Assembly (NCBI GenBank): GCA_043816785.1
Contig: JBDRHP010000011.1
Span: 59,076 to 123,075, forward strand
Length of the DNA: 64,000 nt
Reading direction: 5' to 3'
From: Candidatus Margulisiibacteriota bacterium
GTDB lineage: Bacteria > Margulisbacteria > WOR-1 > O2-12-FULL-45-9
Part shown: one piece after another, positions 1 through 9,503 of the stretch
Numbering within the stretch: position 1 is the stretch's first letter
How the letters are laid out: each line of letters begins with the position of its first letter
Position numbers and translations under genes: made by a program
Notes under the pieces: model-generated
What the model saw: the letters and a program-made list of their open reading frames with translations, nothing else
The model's database searches: none
Told to the model about the DNA's origin: nothing

Positions 1-5
1 AGAAG

Positions 6-1121
6 ATGTCGGGCTTGACCAGGGAGGGATATCCAGAAGTTAATTCTGACGTGATCGCCCAGGTGGTTTCTTCCTGGACCCGCGTCCCCGTGACGCAATT
101 GACCTCAGAGGAAACTGAGCGGTTGCTCAAGATGGAAGGGGAAATGAAGCAGCATGTAGTTGGCCAGGATGAGGCGGTTTCTGTTATTTCCCGGTCTATT
201 CGCCGGGCCAGGGCCGGACTAAAAGATCCCCGCCGACCGATCGGCTCTTTTATTTTTCTGGGGCCATCAGGTGTCGGCAAGACTGAGCTGGCTAAGCGGT
301 TAGCTGAATTTTTATTTGGCGATATGGACGCATTAGTGCGGATCGATATGTCTGAGTATCTGGAACAGCATACGATTTCCCGGATGATCGGCTCGCCGCC
401 AGGCTATGTTGGTTTTGGCGAAGGCGGCCAGTTGACCGAACCTATCCGCCGGCGGCCGCATTCGGTTGTGCTGTTTGATGAGATCGAAAAGGCGCACCCG
501 AATGTGATGAATGTTTTGCTGCAGATTTTGGATGAGGGCCACATTACTGATGCGCAAGGCCGTCAGATCGATTTTAAAAATACGGTCATTATAATGACCA
601 GCAATGTTGGCGCAGAATTTATCCGCAAAGAGACCGCGATGGGGTTTGTCAGCAGCGGTGATGCCCAGGCTACTTATGAAAAGATGAAGGGTACAGTTTT
701 GGAGCAATTGGCAAAAGAATTTCGGCCTGAATTCCTGAACCGGGTTGATGAAAAAGTGGTGTTTCGTCCGTTGTCCAAGGAAGACCTGGCGGCCATTGTG
801 GATATAATGATCGGTGATATGAACAAACGCTTGGAAGAAAAAGGCTTGTCCCTAAAAATTACTAAGAAAGTTAAGAGCTTTCTGGTTGAAAAAGGCTACG
901 ATCCCAAGCTGGGCGCCCGGCCTCTGCGGCGATCGATCCAGGAATTTGTGGAAGATCCTCTGTCAGAAGAAGTGCTCAAGGGCAAATTCGGCTACGGCAG
1001 TAAGATCAGCCTTACGGTGGAAAAAGATAAGATTGTTTTTAAGGGGACCAAGGGTAAGCCCATCTTAAAAACCAAGGCCTCATCTCGCGCAGATGAGCCA
1101 GCCGAGGTTGGCAAAAGTTAA
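6..1121 (+). CDS. clpC: Clp protease ATP-binding subunit ClpC, C-terminal part (5' truncated by window)
   Basis: Second AAA module: GPSGVGKT, RIDMSEY, GSPPGYVG, LFDEIEKAH, GARPLRR; lies upstream of radA. Confidence 0.9.
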   Translation: MSGLTREGYPEVNSDVIAQVVSSWTRVPVTQLTSEETERLLKMEGEMKQHVVGQDEAVSVISRSIRRARAGLKDPRRPIGSFIFLGPSGVGKTELAKRLAEFLFGDMDALVRIDMSEYLEQHTISRMIGSPPGYVGFGEGGQLTEPIRRRPHSVVLFDEIEKAHPNVMNVLLQILDEGHITDAQGRQIDFKNTVIIMTSNVGAEFIRKETAMGFVSSGDAQATYEKMKGTVLEQLAKEFRPEFLNRVDEKVVFRPLSKEDLAAIVDIMIGDMNKRLEEKGLSLKITKKVKSFLVEKGYDPKLGARPLRRSIQEFVEDPLSEEVLKGKFGYGSKISLTVEKDKIVFKGTKGKPILKTKASSRADEPAEVGKS

Positions 1122-1127
1122 TCTTAG

Positions 1128-2480
1128 CTAGGCTTTTAGCGCGTGTACCCAGCCAAAAGGATCTGCGATCCGACCTTCTTGAATCCCAGTCAATTCCAAG
1201 TGGAGATCACTAACTATTGGATGGATGCGACCATCATTAAAAATGATTTTATTCCCTCTGTCGGTGATCGAGGTGACCGGGGCAATGACTGCAGCTGTCC
1301 CAGTGACAAAAACCGCCTCAGCTGAGGCTAACAATTCTCGACTCAACCTTTGCTTATCATGAACTCTATAACCACGTGCTTTGGCTAACTCGATCACGCT
1401 ATCCCGAGTTATGCCGGGCAGGATAGTGCCGGAAAGCGCTGGTGTATAAAGCTCTCCATTCATGACCACAAAAATGTTGGCAGCGCCGGCTTCTTCAAGA
1501 TAAGTATGTTTTTGCGCATCCAGATAAATCAGTTCAGCAAAACCTAAGGCTTTAGCCTCCTGGGCCGGGACCATGCCTGGGGCGTAATTGCCGATCCCCT
1601 TTACATTGCCAATGCCGCCGGCTGGAGCCCGATGGTGCTCATCACTGATCTTAAGGGAGATGCCGGTTAGCCCGCCCTTAAAATACGGACCAACTGGAGT
1701 GGCAAAAACAATAAAAGTATTTTCAGGAGCTGGGGCCACTCCCATGATGCCGCCTGAGCCGATCAACAGCGGTCTAATATATAAGGCGCCTTTGCCATAA
1801 GGCGGGATGAATCTTTCATTAGCTAAAACGACCCGCTCCACAGCGTCAAGGAAAATTTCCTCTTGAACGGGGGTTAGTCCCAGCCTTTTGGCTCCATTTT
1901 GCGCGCGGCGGGCATTGTCCAGCGGCCGGAAAAGAGCAATTCCGCCATTTTCAGTTCGATACGCTTTCATGCCTTCAAATAATCCCTGACCGTAATTAAG
2001 AACGCCAGCAGCTGGACTGATCGGGATATTGCCAAAAGGGACCAGGGAAGCAGCGGCTGGCCATTGGCCGTTAGCTTTTATTTCTGCAAAAAACATAGCA
2101 TCAGTTGGGGTTAAACCAAAGGAGAGATTGTCAAAGTCAATTTTATCAGTGTTGTAATAGCGCGCCCGAGCGATTAATTGGGGAGTCTCGGTTAAGACGT
2201 TGTGAGCTCTTTGCAGAACCGGGCCGTCAACAAAAGCTTGAACAGCGCTGTCCCTTGAGAGCGAGGGAACAAGTCGCGTATCGCTAAGGTCATCCAGCCT
2301 TCCCTTAACGATAAAGTCCTGACCGCCGCGGTTAAAATCGTAATAAACACCCAGCATTCCTTTTCTCCGCAGAGCATGGATTGCCGGATTATCTGGGTTG
2401 GGCCCTAAGCCAGCCATCTTTCTGAAGCCAATAAACCGCGGATGGTGAATTTCAACATTTCTAACTAATAGATTAGCCAT
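1128..2480 (-). CDS. ilvE: Branched-chain amino acid aminotransferase with ~100-aa N-terminal extension
   Basis: LNYGQGLFEGMKAY, LYIRP, KGIGNY (PLP Lys), LPGITRDS, GTAA; ATG 2480 follows GGAGG. Confidence 0.85.
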   Translation of the reverse strand: MANLLVRNVEIHHPRFIGFRKMAGLGPNPDNPAIHALRRKGMLGVYYDFNRGGQDFIVKGRLDDLSDTRLVPSLSRDSAVQAFVDGPVLQRAHNVLTETPQLIARARYYNTDKIDFDNLSFGLTPTDAMFFAEIKANGQWPAAASLVPFGNIPISPAAGVLNYGQGLFEGMKAYRTENGGIALFRPLDNARRAQNGAKRLGLTPVQEEIFLDAVERVVLANERFIPPYGKGALYIRPLLIGSGGIMGVAPAPENTFIVFATPVGPYFKGGLTGISLKISDEHHRAPAGGIGNVKGIGNYAPGMVPAQEAKALGFAELIYLDAQKHTYLEEAGAANIFVVMNGELYTPALSGTILPGITRDSVIELAKARGYRVHDKQRLSRELLASAEAVFVTGTAAVIAPVTSITDRGNKIIFNDGRIHPIVSDLHLELTGIQEGRIADPFGWVHALKA

Positions 2481-2510
2481 TTTTTCCTCCAATCAGTTTT
2501 TACTTAATTG

Positions 2511-2538
2511 TTTCGATGCTTTAGTTAACAAATTTCAC
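2511..2538 (-). promoter_or_regulatory. Shared alternative-sigma promoter motif, copy 1
   Basis: GTGAAATTT..CGAAA (TGAAAT-N16-CGA), 32 nt before the ilvE-like ATG. Confidence 0.7.
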
Positions 2539-2628
2539 TCTATTTGGCTTTTTTATAGGAAGTTCTATGGACATGGTGACCCCCCTCAGTTTGTTAAGCC
2601 CAAGGGAAAATGATAGAATTATTTTAGG

Positions 2629-3669
2629 ATGTATAAGCCAAACTACCAGTTGACTAATAAGATCGTAAAATTTATCGCGGAAATTTCAGCGGCTAGGGAG
2701 GCAATTTTGGATGCCCCAATTTTGCCTTCCATAGAAAAAGAACTCAAACTCGAAGCCTTGATCAGTAGAACGCATCACTCTACCTCTATTGAGGGGAATC
2801 GTTTATCAAAGGAAGAAGTAGCAATAATTGTGTCCGGAGGTAAACTGGAGGCCAGGCCAAAGGACAAAAAAGAGGTCTTAAACTATATAGCTGCTTTAAA
2901 ATTTGTTGATAAATACGGGCCAAGCATCAAACAAATGACTCCTGCTGTTGTTTTGAAACTTCACGGTCTGATTACCAAGGGAATATTGTCAGCCAGGCAA
3001 AGCGGGAATTTTAGAGATAAAATGGTTTATGTAATTGATAGTTTTGGTCGCACGGTTTTTACCCCGCCAAAAGACAATGAAGTACCACATCTGGTCAAAG
3101 ATTTATGTGCATGGTTAAATTCAAAAGAAGCTATGGGGTTTTATCCTGTATTAACGGCTGGCATTGCGCATTATGAATTTGTTAGAATTCATCCTTTTAT
3201 AGATGGGAATGGCCGGGTTGGCCGTGCTTTAGCTACGCTTATTCTTTATAAGCTTAATTTTGATATAAAGGATTTTTTCACTTTGGATGATTATTATAAT
3301 GAAGACCGGGCCAGTTATTATGCCGCTTTACAATCTGTTGATCCTGAAAGTATTGATATCACCCAATGGTTAGAATATTTTGTGGAAGGCGTTATGGTTC
3401 AGATAAATAGAATCAAAAAAGAGGTATATGAGTTAAGCGTTGATAAGCATTTAAAGGAAAAAATTGGCGGACAGAAAAGGTTATCAGGTCGGCAGATAGA
3501 GGCTTTTAAGTGCGTTAGGCGCCATGGGAAAATTACAGTAGGGGAGCTTGCTGCTCTTACGAAGGTGGTAACAAGGACTGCTTTAAGGGACTTGAATAAA
3601 ATGCGTGAGATGGGTATTTTAAAATTGATTGGGAAAACAGGTAGGTCAGCTTATTATGAATTGGCATAA
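2629..3669 (+). CDS. Fic family protein (class II) with C-terminal winged HTH
   Basis: Canonical HPFIDGNGRVGR motif; inhibitory STSIEGN motif; C-terminal TRTALRDL HTH. Confidence 0.9.
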   Translation: MYKPNYQLTNKIVKFIAEISAAREAILDAPILPSIEKELKLEALISRTHHSTSIEGNRLSKEEVAIIVSGGKLEARPKDKKEVLNYIAALKFVDKYGPSIKQMTPAVVLKLHGLITKGILSARQSGNFRDKMVYVIDSFGRTVFTPPKDNEVPHLVKDLCAWLNSKEAMGFYPVLTAGIAHYEFVRIHPFIDGNGRVGRALATLILYKLNFDIKDFFTLDDYYNEDRASYYAALQSVDPESIDITQWLEYFVEGVMVQINRIKKEVYELSVDKHLKEKIGGQKRLSGRQIEAFKCVRRHGKITVGELAALTKVVTRTALRDLNKMREMGILKLIGKTGRSAYYELA

Positions 3670-3673
3670 AGAT

Positions 3674-3706
3674 TGTCGCGTTTATGTCGCGTTTATGTCG
3701 CGTTTT
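3674..3706 (+). repeat. Three tandem 11-bp repeats TGTCGCGTTTA
   Basis: Directly visible between the fic stop and the radA start. Confidence 0.9.
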
Positions 3707-3732
3707 GCCGGATTGATAAATGAGGAATAACA

Positions 3733-5085
3733 ATGCCAAAATCTGAAACCCGCTACGTTTGTCAATCCTGTGGTCAAGACTATCCGCGTTGGGCAGGGCA
3801 GTGTGCCTCTTGCAGCGAATGGAACACGCTGGTTGAGGAGCAAGTTGCAAGCTCCAAGCAACAAACCCCAAGCAAATTTCAAATAACAAATTACAAATCA
3901 CAAGCGCCGACCCCGATAACCGAAGTTGATTTTACAAAGGAGCAGCGGATGCCGACAGGGATTGTTGAGGTGGATCGGGTTTTGGGTGGCGGGGTGGTTG
4001 GGGGTTCAGTTGTTTTAGTTTCTGGAGAACCGGGGATCGGCAAATCCACCATGATGCTGCAGGCAGCCGAAGCCTTAAGTAAGCAGTCCGTGGTTTTATA
4101 TGTAAGCGGGGAGGAATCTGCTAAACAGATCAGGCTGCGGGCAGAACGACTGGGCACACTTTCTAAGAATCTAATGCTGCTGCCTGAAACCAATATCTTT
4201 GCCATCGAAACTGCGATCCAAAATGTTAAACCTAAATTCGTGGTTGTTGATTCGATCCAGACTATGTTTCGTGAGGACATTACATCGGCGCCTGGCTCAG
4301 TTGCACAAGTTAGAGAATGTGCCGGATATTTGGTGCGGATCGCTAAGGCAACTGGGATACCGATTTTTATTGTTGGCCATGTAACCAAAGAAGGCAATAT
4401 CGCCGGCCCAAGACTTTTGGAGCATGTAGTTGATACTGTTTTATACTTTGAAGGGGAGAGGCATAAACAATTCCGGATCCTGCGGGCGCATAAGAATCGT
4501 TTCGGTTCGACTAACGAGGTTGGGATTTTCGAGATGAAGGACAAAGGCTTGGTCGAGGTTGCAAATCCTTCTGAGGTCTTTCTTTCTGAGAGGCCAAAGG
4601 ATTGCCCTGGGTCGGTAATAACAGCCGCTTTGGAAGGAACGCGTCCGCTTTTGGTGGAAATCCAAGCTTTAACTGCCTTTACCAAGATGCCGTATCCCGC
4701 AAGGAAGACAACTGGCGTTGATTATAACCGCACTGCAATCATTATTGCGGTGTTAGAACGGCAATTAGGCTTAAAGTTATCCATGCAAGATATATATGTG
4801 AATGCAGCTGGGGGAGTGCGGGTAACCGAACCGGCCATGGACCTACCGATAGCTTTAGCAATTGTTTCCAGCTCTAAAAATAAGCCCGTAGATTCTCAAA
4901 CCGTTGCGATCGGCGAGGTGGGTTTGTCGGGGGAAGTCCGCTCGGTCAATCAGATCGAGCAGCGGGTTAAAGAAGCTGAAAAATTAGGGTTTAAGAGGAT
5001 CATTATCCCCAAAGCGAATGTTAAAGAAATAAGCAAGCCTAAAATTGAAGTCCTCGGGGTTTCTTCGGTTAAAGAAGCGTTATAA
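3733..5085 (+). CDS. radA: DNA repair protein RadA/Sms
   Basis: N-terminal CxxC..CxxC, GEPGIGKST, KNRFG motif, Lon-like C-terminus. Confidence 0.97.
   Translation: MPKSETRYVCQSCGQDYPRWAGQCASCSEWNTLVEEQVASSKQQTPSKFQITNYKSQAPTPITEVDFTKEQRMPTGIVEVDRVLGGGVVGGSVVLVSGEPGIGKSTMMLQAAEALSKQSVVLYVSGEESAKQIRLRAERLGTLSKNLMLLPETNIFAIETAIQNVKPKFVVVDSIQTMFREDITSAPGSVAQVRECAGYLVRIAKATGIPIFIVGHVTKEGNIAGPRLLEHVVDTVLYFEGERHKQFRILRAHKNRFGSTNEVGIFEMKDKGLVEVANPSEVFLSERPKDCPGSVITAALEGTRPLLVEIQALTAFTKMPYPARKTTGVDYNRTAIIIAVLERQLGLKLSMQDIYVNAAGGVRVTEPAMDLPIALAIVSSSKNKPVDSQTVAIGEVGLSGEVRSVNQIEQRVKEAEKLGFKRIIIPKANVKEISKPKIEVLGVSSVKEAL
3841..3904 (+). repeat. In-frame CAA-heptamer tract in the radA linker
   Basis: caagttg caagctc caagcaa caaaccc caag caaattt caaataa caaatta caaatca. 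Confidence 0.75.
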
Positions 5086-6357
5086 ATACTTCCGCGGATC
5101 CGCAATCTTGCCTTCAATCATAGAAGCCGCTACAGTAGCAGGAGAACCCAGATAAATAAAAGCCTTGGTATTGCCCATCCGGCCTTTAAAGTTGCGATTA
5201 GCAGTTGAGATTACATTTTCTCCGTCAGAAGGAACTCCATTGTGAGTGCCAACGCAGGGGCCGCAGCCCGGAGTAACAGCAACGGCGCCAGCTTCCAGCA
5301 GCGATTGATAGATGCCTTCCTTGATCATGTCCAAAAGGATCTGTTTTGAAGCTGGAGCAAGGATCAGACGAACCCCATCTTTTACTTTCTTGCCTTTTAA
5401 TATCTTTGCTGCGATACGGAAGTCTTCCAAGCGGCCATTAGTGCAGGTGCCGATCAATCCTTGCTGGACTGGAACATCCCCGAGTTTTGAGATAGGGACT
5501 ACATTGTCAACTGTGTGCGGTTTGGCAATTTGCGGTTCAAGTTTGCTGATGTCGATGTTAACGATTTTTGCATATTTAGCGTCTTGGTCGGCTGAAATCG
5601 GGTTCGGCTTCTTTTTTGAATGAGCTTTAACCCAATCCAGGACCTTTTTGTCTGCTTCCATCAGGCCGGCCTTGGCTCCGCATTCAATAGCCATGTTGGA
5701 GATGGTGAAGCGGGCGTCAACCGACATATCAGAAATAGCTTGGCCGTAAATTTCCAGGGCCAGGTAAGTGGCGCCATCTGCTGTAATGTCGCCGATCAAT
5801 TTTAAGATCAAATCCTTTGAAAAAACGCCTTTGGGCAGATCCCCATTATAATTAACTCTCATTGTTTCCGGTACCTTGAACCAGAGCTTGCCAGAGGCCC
5901 AGCCAGCGGCTAAGTCTGTTGAGCCAATGCCAGTGGAAAAAACATTGATCGCTCCGTAAGTGCAGGTGTGGGAATCTGCGCCAATAACCAGGTCTCCAGG
6001 CACCACATGGCCTTGCTCTGGAGTGATCTGATGGCAGATGCCGCAACCAATATCATAGAGCTTAATGCCGGTTTCTTTTTGAAACTCCCTGATTTTTTTG
6101 TGAATAGCGGAAACCCCTTCGTTGGGAGAAGGGGAGCTGTGATCAACAATGATGGCGATCTTTGAGGGATCAAAGACTTTCTTTGCGCCGAGTTTTTTAA
6201 AGGAGTCAATGGCGATCCCGGAAGTGCCGTCCTGGCCGATCAGGTAATCCAGATCAGCGACCACAATGTCCCCGGCCTTGGCGGCTTTTCCGGAATGAGA
6301 AGAGAGGATCTTTTCCGAGATAGTTTGACTGCGCTCACTGCCAGTAGTTTTTACCAT
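5080..6357 (-). CDS. leuC: 3-isopropylmalate dehydratase/homoaconitase large subunit
   Basis: DH, GADSHTC, GTCTNGR, GCGPC, STANRNFKGRMG aconitase-family motifs. Confidence 0.9.
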   Translation of the reverse strand: MVKTTGSERSQTISEKILSSHSGKAAKAGDIVVADLDYLIGQDGTSGIAIDSFKKLGAKKVFDPSKIAIIVDHSSPSPNEGVSAIHKKIREFQKETGIKLYDIGCGICHQITPEQGHVVPGDLVIGADSHTCTYGAINVFSTGIGSTDLAAGWASGKLWFKVPETMRVNYNGDLPKGVFSKDLILKLIGDITADGATYLALEIYGQAISDMSVDARFTISNMAIECGAKAGLMEADKKVLDWVKAHSKKKPNPISADQDAKYAKIVNIDISKLEPQIAKPHTVDNVVPISKLGDVPVQQGLIGTCTNGRLEDFRIAAKILKGKKVKDGVRLILAPASKQILLDMIKEGIYQSLLEAGAVAVTPGCGPCVGTHNGVPSDGENVISTANRNFKGRMGNTKAFIYLGSPATVAASMIEGKIADPRKYL

Positions 6358-7331
6358 TACGCTTTCTTTTTTTTCTTCTTTACAATGGGTTTTTTGGCTG
6401 GCTTGGGCTTTTTAACGTGATTAACTGGCCGGGCCTTTTCTTTTATCGCCTGGGTAATAATACTGGCTTTTTCAATGAGATAAGGATCAAGTCCCACCAT
6501 TTCATGGACTTGTTTAAGTAATTGAACGGCTTTGGGATGATTGACAATATCTGCCAGGTCGAGCTTTGCCCGGGCGATAAGACCAGTGTAGGGCAGGGAC
6601 ATCTTGACAACCTCAGTTAATAATTTTTCCGCTCTAACAAAATCACTCTTGGTTGCCCGGTTGGTGAGGATCTCGGCCTTGACGATCTTGCCCTTATTGG
6701 CGAAATAATCGTCCGGCCTGGATTTTAGTTCCTTTAAGGAAAAATCAATAAGTTTCAAAGCGGTGCTAAAGTCGTCATGGTCCCGGTAAAGGATTATTTC
6801 CGCCTTGGAGAGCAGCGCTCGTCCCCTGAAATACCAGTGGGCGTCCTTTTCTTTGACCACTCGATTGATCAACTCCAAGGCCTGGGCCCAATCTCCCTTA
6901 GCCCGGCGGGCCAAACGCAATTCCGCCTCAACAATATAGGTTTTGGCGGCAAAGAAATCTGAAACATCTTTGCCCAGAATTTGCCGCGCTTTTTCTGACA
7001 GCGATATGGCATCGCCAAAATCTTCAGGAGCTCCGATCAGTAGCTCAGCCTTGCCAATTAAAGCCCGGGCCTTTAAATATTCTGGCGGGTTGCGCAGCAA
7101 TATCTGGTCATAGAGCTTGGTTGCTTCGGCGTGATCGCCAGGGCCGCCGCGGCCGACCAAAAGATCGGCAATGCCAAACATTATCTCAGGGGCGTCAGAG
7201 CGCTCGGGGTGCTGGGAAAGGATGTAGCGATAGCGCTTAAGGGCCTTATTGATCTTTTCTTTTTCCGAAGGGATCGGGAACCCCACTTCTTTGTCAATAA
7301 TATAATTCATGATCGGCGAAAGTATACTCAT
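6357..7331 (-). CDS. TPR-like alpha-helical repeat protein with Lys-rich tail
   Basis: Recurrent ARALIGKAE / GRALLSKAE / NKGKIVKAE helical repeats; stop overlaps the leuC start. Confidence 0.65.
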   Translation of the reverse strand: MSILSPIMNYIIDKEVGFPIPSEKEKINKALKRYRYILSQHPERSDAPEIMFGIADLLVGRGGPGDHAEATKLYDQILLRNPPEYLKARALIGKAELLIGAPEDFGDAISLSEKARQILGKDVSDFFAAKTYIVEAELRLARRAKGDWAQALELINRVVKEKDAHWYFRGRALLSKAEIILYRDHDDFSTALKLIDFSLKELKSRPDDYFANKGKIVKAEILTNRATKSDFVRAEKLLTEVVKMSLPYTGLIARAKLDLADIVNHPKAVQLLKQVHEMVGLDPYLIEKASIITQAIKEKARPVNHVKKPKPAKKPIVKKKKKKA

Positions 7332-7371
7332 TTAAACCACCTTATTTTTTATGTTTGCTTGGACAGTTGAT

Positions 7372-7391
7372 CCTGTGCCAGTTGGTACAGG
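7372..7391. repeat. Short REP-like palindrome
   Basis: CCTGTGCCA-GT-TGGTACAGG in a divergent intergenic region. Confidence 0.55.
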
Positions 7392-7431
7392 GTTGATAAC
7401 CGATTATAAATAATGTAGAATATAATGTCAA

Positions 7432-8217
7432 ATGGAACGATTGCCCCCAAAGCGAGAAGAAGAACTGCGTGAGTTCGAAAAGAAATTAGGCACCTCCTTT
7501 CTTAGTAAGTCACTGCTCAATCAGTCGTTGACCCACAGCTCGTACGGTCATGAGCAAAAAATAGCTGACAACGAGCGACTGGAATTCTTTGGCGATGCTA
7601 TCCTTAAGCTGGTGATTAGCGAATACCTTTATCATAAGTTTCCCGAACGGGCAGAAGGTGCTTTGACCAAGATACGGGCCGCGGTTATTTCTGACGAAAC
7701 CCTGGCGGGAGTGGGCCGCAGGCTTAATGTCGGCGATTTTCTCCTCTTAAGCGCCAATGAAAAACGGACCGGAGGCGCCCGCCGGAAATCAAATCTGGCT
7801 AATGCCCTTGAGGCAGTGATTGGCGCGGTTTTTATTGATGCCGGTATTGGCAAATCCCGGGAAGTGATCCTGGGGTTTTTACTCAAAGAGATTGAAACTG
7901 TTTCCAGTGAGGGGTACATCCGCGACTACAAATCAGCTTTGCAGGAGTACACCCAAAAGCGTAAATGGACACTGCCGCATTATCTGGTTATCAAAGAGAC
8001 GGGGCCTAAGCACCGTCGCGTCTTCTGGATGGAGGTCAAGATCCAGGGCCGAAAATGTGGCTCCGGCCGGGGCAGGAACAAAAAAGAAGCTGAACAAAGG
8101 GCGGCTATGCATGCCTTGACCCACTTAAAAACTGAAGAACGCGGCAAAGGAAAGCGTAAGGAGAAAAAAGGCATTCGAGGCATTATCTCGAACGTGAGAA
8201 AAAGGATTAAAATGTAA
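7432..8217 (+). CDS. rnc: Ribonuclease III
   Basis: NERLEFFGDA signature and dsRBD (DYKSALQE, KKEAEQRAA). Confidence 0.96.
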   Translation: MERLPPKREEELREFEKKLGTSFLSKSLLNQSLTHSSYGHEQKIADNERLEFFGDAILKLVISEYLYHKFPERAEGALTKIRAAVISDETLAGVGRRLNVGDFLLLSANEKRTGGARRKSNLANALEAVIGAVFIDAGIGKSREVILGFLLKEIETVSSEGYIRDYKSALQEYTQKRKWTLPHYLVIKETGPKHRRVFWMEVKIQGRKCGSGRGRNKKEAEQRAAMHALTHLKTEERGKGKRKEKKGIRGIISNVRKRIKM

Positions 8218-9503
8218 TGGCAGGTTTACTGATCAAAAACGGCCGAGTGGTTGACCCGGCGTCCAATCTGGATGCAGTCAGGGACGTCCTGATCGAGAAC
8301 GGGAAGATTAAGAAAGTAGGGGTTAGGGTTAAGGGGGTAGGGGTTAGAGTAATTGACGCTAAGGGAAAACTTGTCCTGCCGGGTTTAATCGATATGCATA
8401 CTCACCTGCGCGATCCCGGCCGGCCGGACAAGGAGACAATTGCCAGCGGCACACGGGCAGCGGCCAAGGGAGGTTTTACCACCGTCTGCTGCATGGCCAA
8501 TACTGAGCCAGCCATTGACAACCCCGCAGTTGTAAAATATGTCAGTGATACAGCCAAGAGTGACGGGATAGTTAATGTTTTCCCGATTGCTGCGGTTACC
8601 AAAGGCTTAAAAGGAGAAAAATTGGCAGAGATGGGTTTGATGTTGGAGGCGGGGGCAGTGGCTTTTTCTGATGATGGCCAGCCGCTGATGGGCTCCGCGC
8701 TGATGCGTAAGGCCCTGGAGTATGCCAGGCAGTTTTCTGTTCCGGTTATTTCACATTGCGAAGATAAAGGTTTGTCCCACAACGGTTCGATGAATGAGGG
8801 CGCTTTGTCAACGGCGATCGGTTTACCGGGCTTCCCTGCCTTAGCAGAGGAGCTCATGGTTGCCCGGGATACCATGTTAGCGGCGGAGTTCGGGCAGGTC
8901 CATATTGCGCATGTTTCCTCAGCTAATTCAGTTGAGCTGATTCGTCGGGCCAAGAGACGCGGGGTTCCCGTTACTTGTGAGACCTGTCCCCATTATTTCA
9001 GCCTGACTGAGTCGGCAGTTAAAGAGTATGACACGAACGCCAAGGTTAACCCGCCCCTGAAAACTCCCAAGGATCTCAAGGCGGTGATCAGGGGATTGCG
9101 GGATGGGACCATTGATGCCATAGCTACAGACCATGCGCCCCACAACATCGAAGAGAAAAATATTGAGTTTAATTCGGCTTCATTTGGTATGGTTGGCTTG
9201 GAAACAGCCCTGGCCCTGGTCCTGACAAAATTAGTTGCCACAAAAGCCCTGACCTTGAAAAAGGCGATCGAAAAAATGACGGTTGCGCCGGCCAGGATCC
9301 TCAATTTAAATAAAGGAACGCTTAAGGTCGGAGCGGATGCTGATGTTATTATAGTTGATCCAGGAGCAGAATGGACGGTGACCCCTTCCCAGTTCGCCTC
9401 TAAGAGCAGAAATACGCCATTTAGTGGGTGGAAACTCAAAGGGCAGGTCATCTATACGATTGTTGCTGGCAAGATTGTGGTTCGTGATGGCAAACTTCTT
9501 TAA
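8217..9503 (+). CDS. pyrC: Dihydroorotase
   Basis: DMHTHLRDPG, KVNPPL, ATDHAPH, SKSRNTPF. Confidence 0.95.
   Translation: MAGLLIKNGRVVDPASNLDAVRDVLIENGKIKKVGVRVKGVGVRVIDAKGKLVLPGLIDMHTHLRDPGRPDKETIASGTRAAAKGGFTTVCCMANTEPAIDNPAVVKYVSDTAKSDGIVNVFPIAAVTKGLKGEKLAEMGLMLEAGAVAFSDDGQPLMGSALMRKALEYARQFSVPVISHCEDKGLSHNGSMNEGALSTAIGLPGFPALAEELMVARDTMLAAEFGQVHIAHVSSANSVELIRRAKRRGVPVTCETCPHYFSLTESAVKEYDTNAKVNPPLKTPKDLKAVIRGLRDGTIDAIATDHAPHNIEEKNIEFNSASFGMVGLETALALVLTKLVATKALTLKKAIEKMTVAPARILNLNKGTLKVGADADVIIVDPGAEWTVTPSQFASKSRNTPFSGWKLKGQVIYTIVAGKIVVRDGKLL
8318..8352 (+). repeat. In-frame G-rich heptamer tract in pyrC
   Basis: aggggtt agggtta agggggt aggggtt agagtaa, in the segment encoding VGVRVKGVGVRV. 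Confidence 0.7.

Noticed and set aside
3674..3706. CRISPR array
   Set aside because: Contiguous 11-bp units without spacers; no repeat-spacer array or cas gene seen in the window.
3891..4685. Long antisense ORFs (also 8402-8953, 33296-34039, 58145-58666)
   Set aside because: Shadows of well-supported genes on the opposite strand, with no motifs of their own.
8318..8345. Telomere-like or G-quadruplex element in pyrC
   Set aside because: Better explained as one of the period-7 insertions; no independent support for a G4 function.
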